A stretch of DNA of 64,000 nucleotides, taken from positions 29,760,001 to 29,824,000 of the forward strand of contig OZ024748.1 of assembly GCA_964016885.1 (NCBI GenBank), read 5' to 3'. The notes beneath the pieces are model-generated. The model made no database searches. It was not told where the DNA came from and worked only from the letters and a program-made list of their open reading frames with translations. Of this stretch, positions 10,871-30,950 are shown piece after piece; position 1 is the first letter of the stretch, and every line of letters begins with the position of its first letter. This stretch comes from Eledone cirrhosa (Eukaryota). The translations under genes and the position numbers were made by a program.

Positions 10871-13570
10871 TTTTAGTAAGGTATACAATCCTATCTAGTG
10901 GTCCATATGTTCCCCTTATTTTACTCTTTCATTTTCTGATTTTAGCATTGACTGTATTGTTTTATTTTAGAGTTAATTAGGTGGATATGCATATTCGGTG
11001 ATACATTTATACGAGTTTATGTTAGGATGTATATCTGTACCCCTATGTATAAGGGAATGAATGTGTTAGTGTTGCTATGTGCTTGAATGCTGGTATATAT
11101 ATGTGTCCCCGCATGTGTATGTATATGTTGCATGTATATGTCCCTCTCGATATAAAAAGGCCCTTATATGCAACACCTTCAGCAAATTCCAAACTCTGGA
11201 TATCTCTATAGGAAATACAATTCTAATTTATTTTAGATAGCAATTAATCATTTGCTTATTTTTTCAGCATGTAAGCTGTCCACCTCCTACAACCTCATAC
11301 TACCACTCATCAGAATGAATACCCTTCCTTCTATCATGTATGGTTCCTCAGCACATTGACCTGACCGTAATCAAATAGGCAGGTATGCACTATTAGATAT
11401 ATTGTACATTATCATGAATCCGAATATGAACCTATGTGTACTGATAATTTGCTAAACACTACCCTATATAGGTATACATGTTTAGATGAAAGTATTTAAG
11501 TGTTGGTATAGCTGTCTCTTGGTATACATGTAATTGTATTTATGGGAATTTTGGCGGAATACATTTTTTAGGAATCTATATTCTCACAAATCAGCCTTAT
11601 TACGGTTAGCACCACAGAAAACATGTACCATATATGTGACTATCTGTAGTGATATATTTTGATGTGTGCAAACATACAATTCTTGATGTATGAATCTATG
11701 GAGGCATATATATGTGTGTGTGTACATGTGGGTGAGTATGAATCTGAGTCTACATCATAATACAGGCATCTAGGGAGATATGTATACATATATATCTATA
11801 AAATCTATATGCACCTATGAGTATATAGATAGATAGGGGGAGTGTAACAAAATATGCACTTATAGGGGTGTGTGAATATACATAAGATGTGTGTGCGCAC
11901 ATATATGCGGACACTAATGTGCCTACATGAGTATATGTATTTCTGCGTGGATGTCATAATGCCTCATTTAAATATTCTTAGTAGGTTGTAAATGTGATTT
12001 TTTTAAAACTGGTTTACTTCATCCTAGGTTAAAAATACAAAAGTTAGTTTTGATGAATTATCTCCCTTTAATAGAAGTAAAATAAAGTGTTTTTTTTTTT
12101 GTTTTTAAATACATTTTTTGATCTGTTTTTTATCCCTCTGAAGTTAGTAAAATGTCAGCATACAAACAATGTGAAAAAAAGAAAACTTGTAAAAAATTTT
12201 TGAAGAGACTGTACCAGAGATGCATACTTTAGGTCCTAAATTCCTTCTAAAGGTAAAATCGATGTTTCACTGACAGCCCCATTCATTTTAAAGACTTTTA
12301 TCATCTCTCTGAGGAGAAGGAACATCAATAGCCTTATATCTATGCTTATATATAGATATGGATTACGTGAAATGTTTCCAAACATTACAAAAAATTGAAT
12401 GCATATCTCTTTTGAAACATGTGTAAGAGAATAAATATGGTTTTTGAATGAAAGAAGTTTTTTTTCCATTGACACTCTTGTGTATATATATACACACATT
12501 ATATATTGTATATATATATACACACATTATATATTGACGAGGCAATAGGAAATATATTCGCTATAATCTCAATTACTCACAATTACTCACTCAATGAGGT
12601 ATGGTTTGAACGTAGAATTGTGTGAACGTGTCTCAAAGTGCAAACAAAATGTATATTTGTAATGTAACAGTTGCACATGGTTGTCCAGACCTCGAAGTTT
12701 CTGTTAAGCTTCAATAAGTGCAATATGCAACTTGCCAATACTGCATGAACTTCATCAGCAGACTCGATAATTATAACGAGAGAGTGAAGCCATCTATCCA
12801 AACTGAGCATGAAAGAATACTGTTGCAATAAGGTAGCTAGCAGCAATTAGTGATGTCACATGTGGAAGAATGACTTGTCACTATTGGACTGTGCTAAAAT
12901 CAGGAAGAGCACAAATCAATGTAGTACTTGATTCAATGTATGATGAAATTCATAGCTGGGTATATTGAAGAGTAAGAATCCAGACAGCAAGCCTTGCTAT
13001 TCCAATCTGTTCCCACAAGGTTTTTCAAGAACAATTAATAATTACTAGTTTGGTTTCACAGTAGTTTGGTCAGTTAATATGAAAATAAAGCACCATGTGT
13101 TGGGAAGATATGTAGAATTAGGTCACTTGTCACAGCCAGTAGACAATTGGGGTTTTGAGGATTGTTCATGGTCATTTTTGGTGAAATATATCAAAGGAAT
13201 GTTACATTTAAGCTATTCTTCAACAGTGGAGGAAGAAGGAGTAAGGAAAGAAAGCAGATACACAAGCACACACACCTGCACACAAAAATAACTTCACATA
13301 CATACAAACACTCATACATATAAACATTTGTATATGAATATATACTGGTGAGTATGCCTCCTCCCCCCATGCTATTGACCACACCATTCACACCTCCATC
13401 ATTATCTCTGTATAGTATTCTCACCACCACTACATCCCCTCTCCCCAATGCTATCAAAGTTTTGATATTATATTTGTGTTTGACCTTTATTTTGTGCTAG
13501 GATGAAACAATCGATTGATAAGTGATTAAATGTTTTAAACACACTTTGTTGTTTATATTGTATATATATA

Positions 13571-13728
13571 TATAAAGAAAAAGAGATGAAATCGAAAATG
13601 CGACTGGAGTCTTATTTTTTTTTAAAAATATATATATTTATATATATTTAAGCAACCAAATAAATATATATATTTAAAAAAAAATAAGACTCCAGTTGCA
13701 TATTCGATTTCATCTCTTTTTCTTTATA
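13571..13728. repeat. AT-rich fold-back of about 158 bp
   Basis: TATAAAGAAAAAGAGATGAAATCGAA...TTCGATTTCATCTCTTTTTCTTTATA. Confidence 0.85.
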
Positions 13729-13796
13729 CTTTCACTCGTGTAGGACACCTCGGTTATTTTTCATTTTGTAAAAAAAACCTCACTTTCTAATATATA

Positions 13797-14486
13797 TCAT
13801 CATCATCATCATCAACGTTTAACGTCCGTGTTCCACGCTTGCATGGGTTTGGACGGGGGTAGTCCCACTTGAGGCAAGAGTGATTGTCATGCTCGCATAG
13901 GACTGTCTGGCAGGTTTTCTACAGTTGGATGCCCTTCCTAACACCAACCACATTTACAGTGTGGGTCTGGGAGGTTTTTACCGTGTTGCCTACACGGCCA
14001 CATTACAGCGTGGACTGTGTGTTTTTTTGTCGTGACACCTACACGATCTCATTTGTTTCGGCCTGGATGGCGCGGCACCAACATAACTTTACATAGAACG
14101 GGGTGGTGTGGATGGGGTGGGGGTGGTGGCGGGACGGGGTGTATTTTGTTAGAGATGCCTACTGGCAAGGCGGGTCTTCTCTGTTACTGAGTACCGCCAA
14201 AGGTCTCGGTCCAGTGACATTGTCTTGGAGAGGTGTAAGTGTGTGAGGTCGGAGTTTATCAGCTCATCCCATGTTTTTCTAGGTCTGCCTATTCCGTGGC
14301 TACCGTCTATCTTTATTGCCCTGCACTTTGTTATACAGCTATCGACTTTCATGCGCATCACGTGTCCATACCAACGCAGCCTTCTCTCGAGTAAACAACA
14401 TCTGATCCCTCTTATCTCTAATTTTTTCCTTAGTTCGTTTATGCTTTGCCGTTCATGTATATTACTGTTACACATCCAGCGGAGCA

Positions 14487-14490
<4 letters not shown>
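13797..14490 (-). mobile_element. 5'-truncated RTE LINE (ORF end, 3' UTR and (ATG)n tail)
   Basis: MLRWMC...ERRLRWYGHVMRM...GRPRKTW, paralogous to the C-terminus of ORF 23657-26167. The tail is repeated at 23251-23415. Confidence 0.88.
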
Positions 14491-14524
<34 letters not shown>

Positions 14525-14627
14525 ATATATATTGTATATATTTCGTTTCTGAATTTGTTTAGCAAGATTCTTTATCTGAAATCGTGTGTTCAAACCGATA
14601 TTGTTATACTTTGGGAGGGTCATGTTG

Positions 14628-14774
14628 CCAATAAGAAACACACGCACCAGTTGCTTTCACTTCAATTAATTATTATAATAAACTTATAATAAATTTATAA
14701 ATTTAAAAATTTATTATAAGTTTATTATAATAATAAATTGAAGTGAAAGCAAATGGTGCGTGTGTTTCTTATTG
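14628..14774. repeat. Fold-back of about 147 bp at the edge of the TA array
   Basis: CAATAAGAAACACACGCACCA...TGGTGCGTGTGTTTCTTATTG. Confidence 0.85.
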
Positions 14775-21108
<6,334 letters not shown>

Positions 21109-22775
21109 CCTGCTCCTTATTATAGATGTGGAAGACGGGACCTTTGGCACCACACAGTGACGTCCTGTTCGACGGTTGGTCCAGCTCCCAATGCCAAAGT
21201 TTGGTGCTAGTCCCTCCAGGATTTTCCACATGTAGATCACTGCGTATCTCTCCCGTCTTCGCTCCAAGGAGTAGAGGTTCAGTTCCTTCAGCCTCTCCCA
21301 GTAGCTTGTCTCCCTCATCTTGGCAATCCTCTTGGTGTAGCTTCGCTGGATTGCCTCAAGCTCTGTGGTTAGTTTGACACTATGGGGTAACCACAGCTGG
21401 GAGCAGTAGTCCAGGCGGCTTAGGACAAAAGTCCTCCACAGTGTCAACATGGTGTCTCGATCTCTTGTAAGGAAAGTCCTCAAGATCCAGCCAGCGAATC
21501 GTCTACATGCTGTCGCCACCTTCATGATGTGTGAAGAAAAAGATGCATCATCGCTCATGTCTATGCCCAGGTCTCGTATCGACTTTGACACGGGGATATC
21601 GGTCCCTCCTGGTCCTGTGTAGCTGTGTTCCGCTATATTTGTGTTTGTGTTTGCAGGTTTGTATTGTAGGGCTTGGAATTTGCCAGCATTAAACTGCATG
21701 TTGTTTTCTTCCGCCATCTGTATATGGCATCCAGATCCTGCTGTAAGAGGGCAGCGTCAGCCGGGTTTTTGATTGCCTGTGCTACCTTAGTGTCATCAGC
21801 ATAGCTAGTGAGGGATGTTGTTGCATGCACCACAGAGGGCATGTCCGAGAGAGCCACCAAAAACAGTAGTGGTCCCAGGACTGTCCCCTGAGGCACCCCA
21901 CTTGTTATCAGTGTTTCCCTCGAGAGGGCCCCATTTGCTGCGACTGCCTGGCTTCTGTCCCTCAGGAAGCCATGCAGCCACTCACCTACTTTTCCAGTTA
22001 TGCCGAGTCCGTGTAGTTTGTGACATATCATTCCGTGGTCGACCTTGTCAAAGGCCTTCGCAAAGTCAAGATATATCACGTCTACATGTGAGCTGTCTAG
22101 TAGCTGTCTCAGTACCCAGTCGTAGTGATGTAGCAGCTGTGTAAGGCAGCTTCTTCCTGGGCGGAAGCCATGTTGCGTGCTAGTCAGGCGGTCATTTTCT
22201 TCGAGGAAAGTGATTAGTTTCTTTCTGACGACTCGCTCCATGACCTTACTGATATGCGACGTCAGGGAGACTGGCCTATAGTTCTTGGCCTCCGCTCTAC
22301 TACCTCCTTTATGGATAGGGCATATTGTGCCTTCTTTCAGCTCCCTGGGTAGTACACCGCTAGCCAAGGAGCTTCTGAAGAGCATCTTCAGTGGAGTTGC
22401 TAAGGCCTGCTTACATATTTTTAGGAGAACTGCTGGGAATCCATCAGGTCCAGCAGCCGAGTCTGTTCTAATTTCATCAATCGCGTACACCACATCCTCT
22501 TCCGTTATGTCTATGTGGTTGATGGTTGCCATTTCTTGATGTAGGGTTGTGGCATCAAAGAACTCCTCTGGCTTCGTTATTTGCATGTGCCTCAGTGGAC
22601 ATGTGAAGACACTTTTGTACTGTTCGTTCAGTATTTCACATATCTCTTGGGATTTTCGGTTAATGAACCGTCCGTGTGGAAGAGTGGTCCAATCTTGCAG
22701 TGTACTGAGGCAGTTTCTTTTGCAAATTTAAAGAAGGCCTTAGGGTTTGTTTTAATGTTTTCTATGGCCCTGTTA
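21109..22775 (-). mobile_element. Internal RT fragment of the CR1/L2-group LINE at 31750-36066
   Basis: Near-identical to about 34115-35770 (YLDFAKAFDKVDH, GVPQGTVLGP, YADD). Single-base shifts at about 22650 and 21717. Truncated at both ends by TA arrays. Confidence 0.93.
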
Positions 22776-22776
22776 T

Positions 22777-22810
<34 letters not shown>

Positions 22811-23014
22811 GTATATATATATATAATATATATATTGTATATATATATATATAATATATATATTGTATATATATATATATAATATATATATTGTATATAT
22901 ATTGTATATATATATATATATAATATATATATTGTATATATATTGTATATATATATATATAATATATATATTGTATATATATCGTATATATATATATATA
23001 TAATATATATATTG

Positions 23015-23056
<42 letters not shown>

Positions 23057-23068
23057 ATATATATATAT

Positions 23069-23112
<44 letters not shown>

Positions 23113-23126
23113 ATGTATATATATAT

Positions 23127-23164
<38 letters not shown>

Positions 23165-23186
23165 ATATATATATATATATATATAT

Positions 23187-23217
<31 letters not shown>

Positions 23218-23418
23218 TGTATATATATATATATATTGTATATATATATATCATCATCATCATCATCATCAACGTTTAACGTCCGTGTTCCACGCTTGCA
23301 TGAGTTTGGACGGGGGTAGTCCCACTTGAGGCAAGAGTGATTGTCTTGCTCGCATAGGACTGTCTGGCAGGTTTTCTACAGTTGGATGCCCTTCCTAACA
23401 CCAACCACATTTACATAT

Positions 23419-23558
<140 letters not shown>

Positions 23559-23634
23559 ATATATATATATATATATTGTATATATATATAATATATATAT
23601 TGTATATATATATATATATATATATATTGTATAT

Positions 23635-26600
23635 CATCATCATCATCATCATCATTTTACGTCCGCTTTTCCCTGCTTGCAAGGGTGGGACGGGTCTTAT
23701 TCAGCACAGCATCTCTCCACTCGTCACGGTCCCTCGTCATCTCCACCGTGAGCTTCAATGATCTGAGGTCTGTTCTCACCACCTCCGCCCATGTTTTTCG
23801 TGGTCTACCTCTACCACATCTTCCTTCAACTGGCATTTCCTGGCACTTCTTCACCCATCTGTCATCCTCCATGCGCATCACATGTCCATACCACCTCAGT
23901 CTCCTCTCCCGTACACTACATTCTATCCCTCTCAGACACAGTTTCTCTCTCAACACATTTATGCTGGGTCGTTCACGCACATTTACACTGCACATCCAAC
24001 GGAGCATGCTTGCCTCATTTCTCTCCAGCCGTCGCATATCTTCTGCGGTAGCTGCCCATGTCTCACTACCATGCAGCATCGCGCTCCTCACACAGGCATC
24101 ATACAACCGGCCTTTCGTACGCAGGGAGAAACCCTTCTTCGTCAACAGAGGAAGCAGCTCCCTAAACTTCTTCCAACCCGTCCTTATTCTAGATACTATG
24201 GCCTCGGAACACCCTCCTCCCATGCTAATCTGATCTCCTAGGTATCGGAAGCTATCCACCACTTCTATAGCGCCCTCTCGCATTTGAAAAATGTGTCTAT
24301 CAGTGCGACTTCTACTGTCTAATTTCCCTGTACATCTACTGCATACATATTTCTCCCTACCTGTTAGTTTGCCTGCTATCCCGCTACATCTCTTGTGTAC
24401 CCAGGACCTACATTGTGTGCATTTTATAGAATTTATGCCAGTTCCTTTTCTGCATATCGAACATGGCCATTTCCCTGACGGAATCAGGGTTTTGTCCTCT
24501 TTTCTACTCATCAACACTTTTGTCTTAGCTAGATTTACTCTCAGTCCTCTTGCTTCCAACTGCTGTTTCCATAGCCGGAATTTATTCTCTAGCTCCTCTA
24601 CTGATTCTGCCATAAGAGCCAGATCGTCAGCATAGAGAAGTTCCCATGGACAGCCAGTCTTAAACTCCTCTGTTATGGCTTGGAGGACTATAATGAACAA
24701 GAGCGGGCTGAGGACCGAACCCTGATGTACTCCTACTTGTATCTGGAATTCCTCACTAAACTCCATTCCTACCCTGACTTTACTGAGAGTACCTCTGTAC
24801 AAAGTTTGCACTGTCCTTACAAGCCATTCCTCAACACCCAGCTTCCTTAGGGACCACCAGATGACAGATCGGGGTACCCTATCAAAGGCCTTCTCTAGGT
24901 CAACAAAGGCTAAGTATAGTGGCTTATTCTTCTCTAAGAACCTCTCTTGCATTTGTCTCACCAAGAAGAGGGCATCTGTTGTACTCTTCCCAGGCACAAA
25001 ACCAAACTGCATCTCATCTAGTTTGACCCTTTCTCTAATTAGTTGTGCTAAAATCCTTTCTGCCACTTTCATAACCTGAACTATCAGTTTTATACCCCTA
25101 TAATTGCTCCTCTCCAAAGCATCCCCTTTACCTTTGTAGCAATTTATGAGAATACTGCTGCACCAGTCTTTGGGTATGACACCACCATATATAGCCTGAT
25201 TGATTATGCGTGCAACCAGTTTAGTGCCTACGTCCCCTGATGCCTTCAGCATCTCAGCAACTATTCCCGATGGTCCGGCCGCCTTACCATTTTTCATTTC
25301 CCTAATCGCCTCTTGGACCCTATATTCGTCAATCTCAATAGCTGGTCCCTCTGTCGGATCTACCAAGGGTAATTTCTCTCTCTCCCATTCGTTCTCCACA
25401 TTCATCAGTCTCTCATAATGACATTTCCAGGCCTCCTTTTTCTGGTCATTCGTGACACTAAGTACACCGGCATCATCCCGGACACATTTATCACCAACAA
25501 CATCCTGATTTGCATTGACACACTGCCTTGCAATGTGGAACACCGCACGCCTCTGATCTTCCCGTCGCAGAACATTGGCAAACCTCCTACTCTCTGCCTC
25601 CCTGCGTGCTAAGTACACCTGACGTCTAGCTTCTCTCTTAGTGGCTGTATATTCTTCCCTACTCCCACCCTTATTCCAAGCCTTCCATGCTAGTCTTTTG
25701 TCTCTAATAGCCTTATCTACACTGCTGTTCCACCACCAGGTCACTCTCTGTCTGGTTGGAGCTCTGCTCCAGCCACAGGTTTCATCAGTAGCCTTCAGCA
25801 AGTTGTCACGTAAGAACTTCCAGTTATTATCTATGTCATACGTCTCTAAATCGTCTTCTTTTTCGTCATATACATCTTGAAGGGCTTTCCTAAATTTGAA
25901 TTTTAGTGAAAGGTCTTTTAGCTTCCAGACCTTTCTTCTCCACACCTTCCTATATGTCTCATTCCATCTCTTGCTTACTGAGATATCACTAACAACTAAC
26001 CTATGCTGTGGGGTACATTCTTCCCCAGGGTATGCCTTGGTATTAGACACTATCTGCCTGTCCCACTGCCTAACTAGCAGGAAGTCAATCTGGCTTATGT
26101 GCTCACCAGATTTGTAGGTTATTAGGTGATTGGCAGGTTTCTGGAAGTTTGTGTTGCAAATGGTCAATGTACTTGCATCACAAAATTCAAGAAGGTCTCA
26201 CTCCTTCTTCATTTCTTGAACCGTAACCGTGCCTACCATGTACCCCAGTGTAACCATCCTGGAGCTGTCCAACATGACCATTGAAGTCTCCCTGCTAGCA
26301 TAACGATGTCTCCGTCCTCTGTCATTGTGGTTGTTTGCAAAAGTTGCTCATAAAAGCAGTCTTTCCTCATCTTTGCCTAGGCCTGCTTGGGGAGCATAGA
26401 CCGAGATGATTGTCAGTAGTCTCCTACCTACAACTAATCTAAGCTTAATTATTCGATTACTAACTCGAACTACCTCTATTGTCTTATTGATCCATTTCTC
26501 AGCCAGGAAAATGCCTACTCCCCCTAACCCATCATCCTTACCTACCCAGAATAGCTTATAGCTAAGACGCTTGCCTACGACTAGTCTCGCAGAGGCACCC

Positions 26601-26723
26601 CTCCATCTCACCTCTTGCACGCAGCACACATCCACCTGCCTTCTCTCCAGCATCTCCGCTATTTCAGCAGACCTACCTCTGAGAGTGCCAACATTAAGTG
26701 TTGCAACTCTGAGATGCGACGTC

Positions 26724-26728
<5 letters not shown>
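23635..26728 (-). mobile_element. Near full-length RTE-clade LINE (APE and RT in one ORF, with an internal PHD-like finger)
   Basis: VATLNVGTL...CVQEVRW...SVYAPQ (APE); FVDLEKAFDRV, GVHQGSVLSP and LYADD (RT); RRLRWYGHV..GRGRPRKTW; (ATG)n tail. Frameshifts at about 26190-26350. Confidence 0.93.
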
Positions 26729-27762
<1,034 letters not shown>

Positions 27763-27962
27763 NNNNNNNNNNNNNNNNNNNNNNNNNNNNNNNNNNNNNN
27801 NNNNNNNNNNNNNNNNNNNNNNNNNNNNNNNNNNNNNNNNNNNNNNNNNNNNNNNNNNNNNNNNNNNNNNNNNNNNNNNNNNNNNNNNNNNNNNNNNNNN
27901 NNNNNNNNNNNNNNNNNNNNNNNNNNNNNNNNNNNNNNNNNNNNNNNNNNNNNNNNNNNNNN
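27763..27962. other. Assembly gap (200 N)
   Basis: Run of N. Confidence 1.
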
Positions 27963-28414
27963 CCAGCGATTATTTCCCGAGACCTGCTAACTGCATGTCC
28001 ATAGTATCGGAGCTATGATCCACTTTACCATCTATCAAAATATCTAGGAATTATACATTTTATGATGAATTGTTGATGTTAAAACGTCTAATGTAGTGCG
28101 GAAATTATTGGAATATCAATATCTCCTAACAGACCCATAGACTTTGATATAATACAATAACGAATCATATGTAAAAATGTATAATTAAATAATACTTTTC
28201 TAATTACACCTAATATGTTTTTCCAACACATTAATTATACGGCTCCGTCAATTATTGGAACCTAAAAAATACCCATGGATATTCCAGGTGTTACCTGGAG
28301 TATTATCTCGCTGGATTCAATTATACATGTTGAGTGAGCCATCCGGTAAGTTGGCATTTCATTAACAGTTACATAATCATTCTACAATCTGATATTAATA
28401 GATACTTTTACGCA

Positions 28415-28509
<95 letters not shown>

Positions 28510-28512
<3 letters not shown>

Positions 28513-29899
28513 AACAAGGTATCGCAGAATAGATGCCTCGAATCTAATATATTATACCTGTGTACTATCAAATCTGGCAACCTAGCATGGCACTACATAG
28601 GTTCTACGGCTGAGGATTTTAAAAAAACATGGTATGTGCATAGACATTCTATAAAAAACCGTAAACTTAGGAATATAACGACACTGGCCAATAAAATCTG
28701 GCAGCTTAAAGATATCAACCAGGAATATGAGATTAGCTGGTCGAAGTTATCGAGTGCAAGGGCCTACAAAAATGGAATGTCCCACTGCGGACTATGCAAT
28801 ATGGAGCTGCTCCATATTTTAATATTTAATAAAAGGTTGCTTAATAACAAGATAGAGCGTACAATCTTCTGTAGGCACAAAGCAGCCACCAAATTCTCCA
28901 ACTTCAAACCGCAACTGGCATAATTCGATCTGGTGATGTCAATATTCAGTCAGAATCTCCCGGATTTAAATATACTAGCCTCACATCACTCCATTGTTAT
29001 TAGCTGTCAACTGACCAACTAGTCATTAAATCAACATCGGGAATCCCCAACCTTTCTTTCTCCTTCTCTCTATAGTTACACCTCCATTAAAATAAATTAG
29101 TCAATCTACCCAATGTTAATCACCTATATATACATCACTGTCTCTTTCACTTTTTATTCTCTATTTATCTATTCTCTGATCCTTTTTGTCTCATCCTCGA
29201 ATCCTTACTCTTTACTCTCTATCTCTTGTTCTTTATCTCTTTCTCTCTTACTGTTTATTTTAATCCTTTAATATTTTTTCTATTTTTTTACATTTTTAAT
29301 TCGCCAGTTTATAAATTCAATACACAATATTAACACGCCGTCCACTCACCAAAATTTTGCCTATCATATTTCTTCTCAAGTTATTGTTATCATTACTATC
29401 ATCACTATTTTACACATCCATTTACTCACCACTATAACTCCGAGGTTAACTTTGCCTTTCATCTATACGGGGTCGATAAAATAAAGTACCAGTCACACAC
29501 TGGGGTCGATTTAATCGACTTTCCCCTCCCCCAAAATTGCTGGCCTTGTGCCTATATAAGAAACCATTATAATTTCATCTACCACCACACTACTACTATT
29601 ATCAATAACCGTATTTTTTATCTTTTTATTATTTTTAATATTTTTTATCATTTCATTATTTTTTTATTGGTGTTATTGTTTTCATTTACTTGATTCTCCG
29701 ATGTATCTATAAACACCAGTGCCCTGTGTTACATCCTTCAGTATTCCGATGATTTGATCAGAGACACACACTGTATTTAAGGTCGAGTGACGCAATTTCT
29801 AGTGATTAGCGGTCTTTAGACTCACCTGATCAATGAAACAATTGTTAATACTGTAAATAAAACCCTTTTGTACAGCAGACCATGTTATTCTTCACTCTT

Positions 29900-29900
<1 letters not shown>
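28510..29900 (+). mobile_element. 3' portion of a Penelope-like element (GIY-YIG, 3' region and HHR)
   Basis: NRCLESNILYLC...HYIGSTAEDFKKTWYVH...CGLCNME...CRHK up to 28923, with an HHR at 29739-29853. Confidence 0.82.
29739..29853 (+). ncRNA. Hammerhead motif with long stem II (U4C)
   Basis: CAGTATT-CCGATGA-T TTGATCAG...CTGATCAA T-GAAAC AATT GTT-AATACTG. Stem I is 7 bp and stem III is palindromic. Confidence 0.75.
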
Positions 29901-29969
<69 letters not shown>

Positions 29970-30015
29970 TGAAGAATGGCGTGCTGCGTTGTTGCGAACA
30001 TGAACATAGGAATAA

Positions 30016-30609
30016 AAATAGACAAGGGGTAAAATGTCCTCTTCAGTAGTCTGCTGATTATCGTTGGTATTTCGACGCATTAAAGACTAGATACCTAAAA
30101 TCAGTGCGAGCGATAACTCAATTAAGTTATCGGGACAGTGGGAAAAACAGAGAGAAGGAAACAAACACATGGTGGTATGTAACGTAAAGAGAGGAAAATA
30201 GAGACAAGTCAATGAATTCTGTGGGCTTAAGCCCGACAAATCAAATTGACGAGGAGAAATAGACACGTCCGAACCGCGAGAAGATTGAGAGAGGAAAGAA
30301 ATTCAAGCAGGTCAGACGGGAAGAAGTGAGAGGGGGGAAGCAGAGAGGGAGTGAGTGAAAGTGGGAGGAAGGGGCCAGCCGAGAGTGAGTGACCTCGTCA
30401 ATTTGATTTGTCGGATTCATTGACTTGTCTCTATTTTCCTCTCTTTACGTTGCATACCACCATGTGTTTGTTTCCTTCCCTCCGTTTTTCCCACTGTCCC
30501 GATAACTTAATTGAGTTATCGCTCGCACTGATTTTAGGTATCTAGTCTTTAATGCGTCGAAATACCAACGATAATCAGCAGACTACTGAAGAGGACATTT
30601 TACCCCTTG

Positions 30610-30616
<7 letters not shown>
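30016..30616. mobile_element. Fold-back element with about 202 bp inverted arms, set in (TA)n
   Basis: 30016-30217 pairs with 30415-30616; inner inverted repeat 30233-30254 with 30392-30414. A diverged relative lies at about 54740-54845. Confidence 0.8.
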
Positions 30617-30706
<90 letters not shown>

Positions 30707-30906
30707 ATACTTGGGGAGGGTCATATTTGTGTAATATTGACAGAATTAATAACAGAACACACTCACTGTTTGGTTGGTTTTCGCTTTTCGCTTCTGTGTC
30801 TTTTATATCGGTAATCTAATTTATTCGGTCCTCAATGTTGCCATTGACTGACCAACGGTCAAAAATAATACAGATACAATATAGACACAAACACATATAT
30901 ATAGTT

Positions 30907-30950
30907 TATCAAAGTTCTTTCGTTGCACATCTGCAACATCGTCAGTGGTG
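30907..30950 (-). ncRNA. Hammerhead-like motif with an extra U after A9 (weak stem I)
   Basis: Minus strand CACCA-CTGACGA-T-GTTGCA gatg TGCAAC-GAAA G aa C TT-TGATA. Confidence 0.55.

Noticed and set aside
11260-11320. Minus-strand CTGATGA...GAAA
   Set aside because: Stem II and stem III pairing are absent.
12583-12846. Minus-strand ORF ending at a phase-1 GTGAGT donor, as a candidate BMPR2 exon 1
   Set aside because: The peptide MCNCYITNIHFVCTLRHVHTILRSNHTSL lacks a hydrophobic signal-peptide core.
30554-30596. GTCGAAA...CTGAAGAGGAC as a permuted (type II) hammerhead
   Set aside because: Stems I and III do not pair convincingly.
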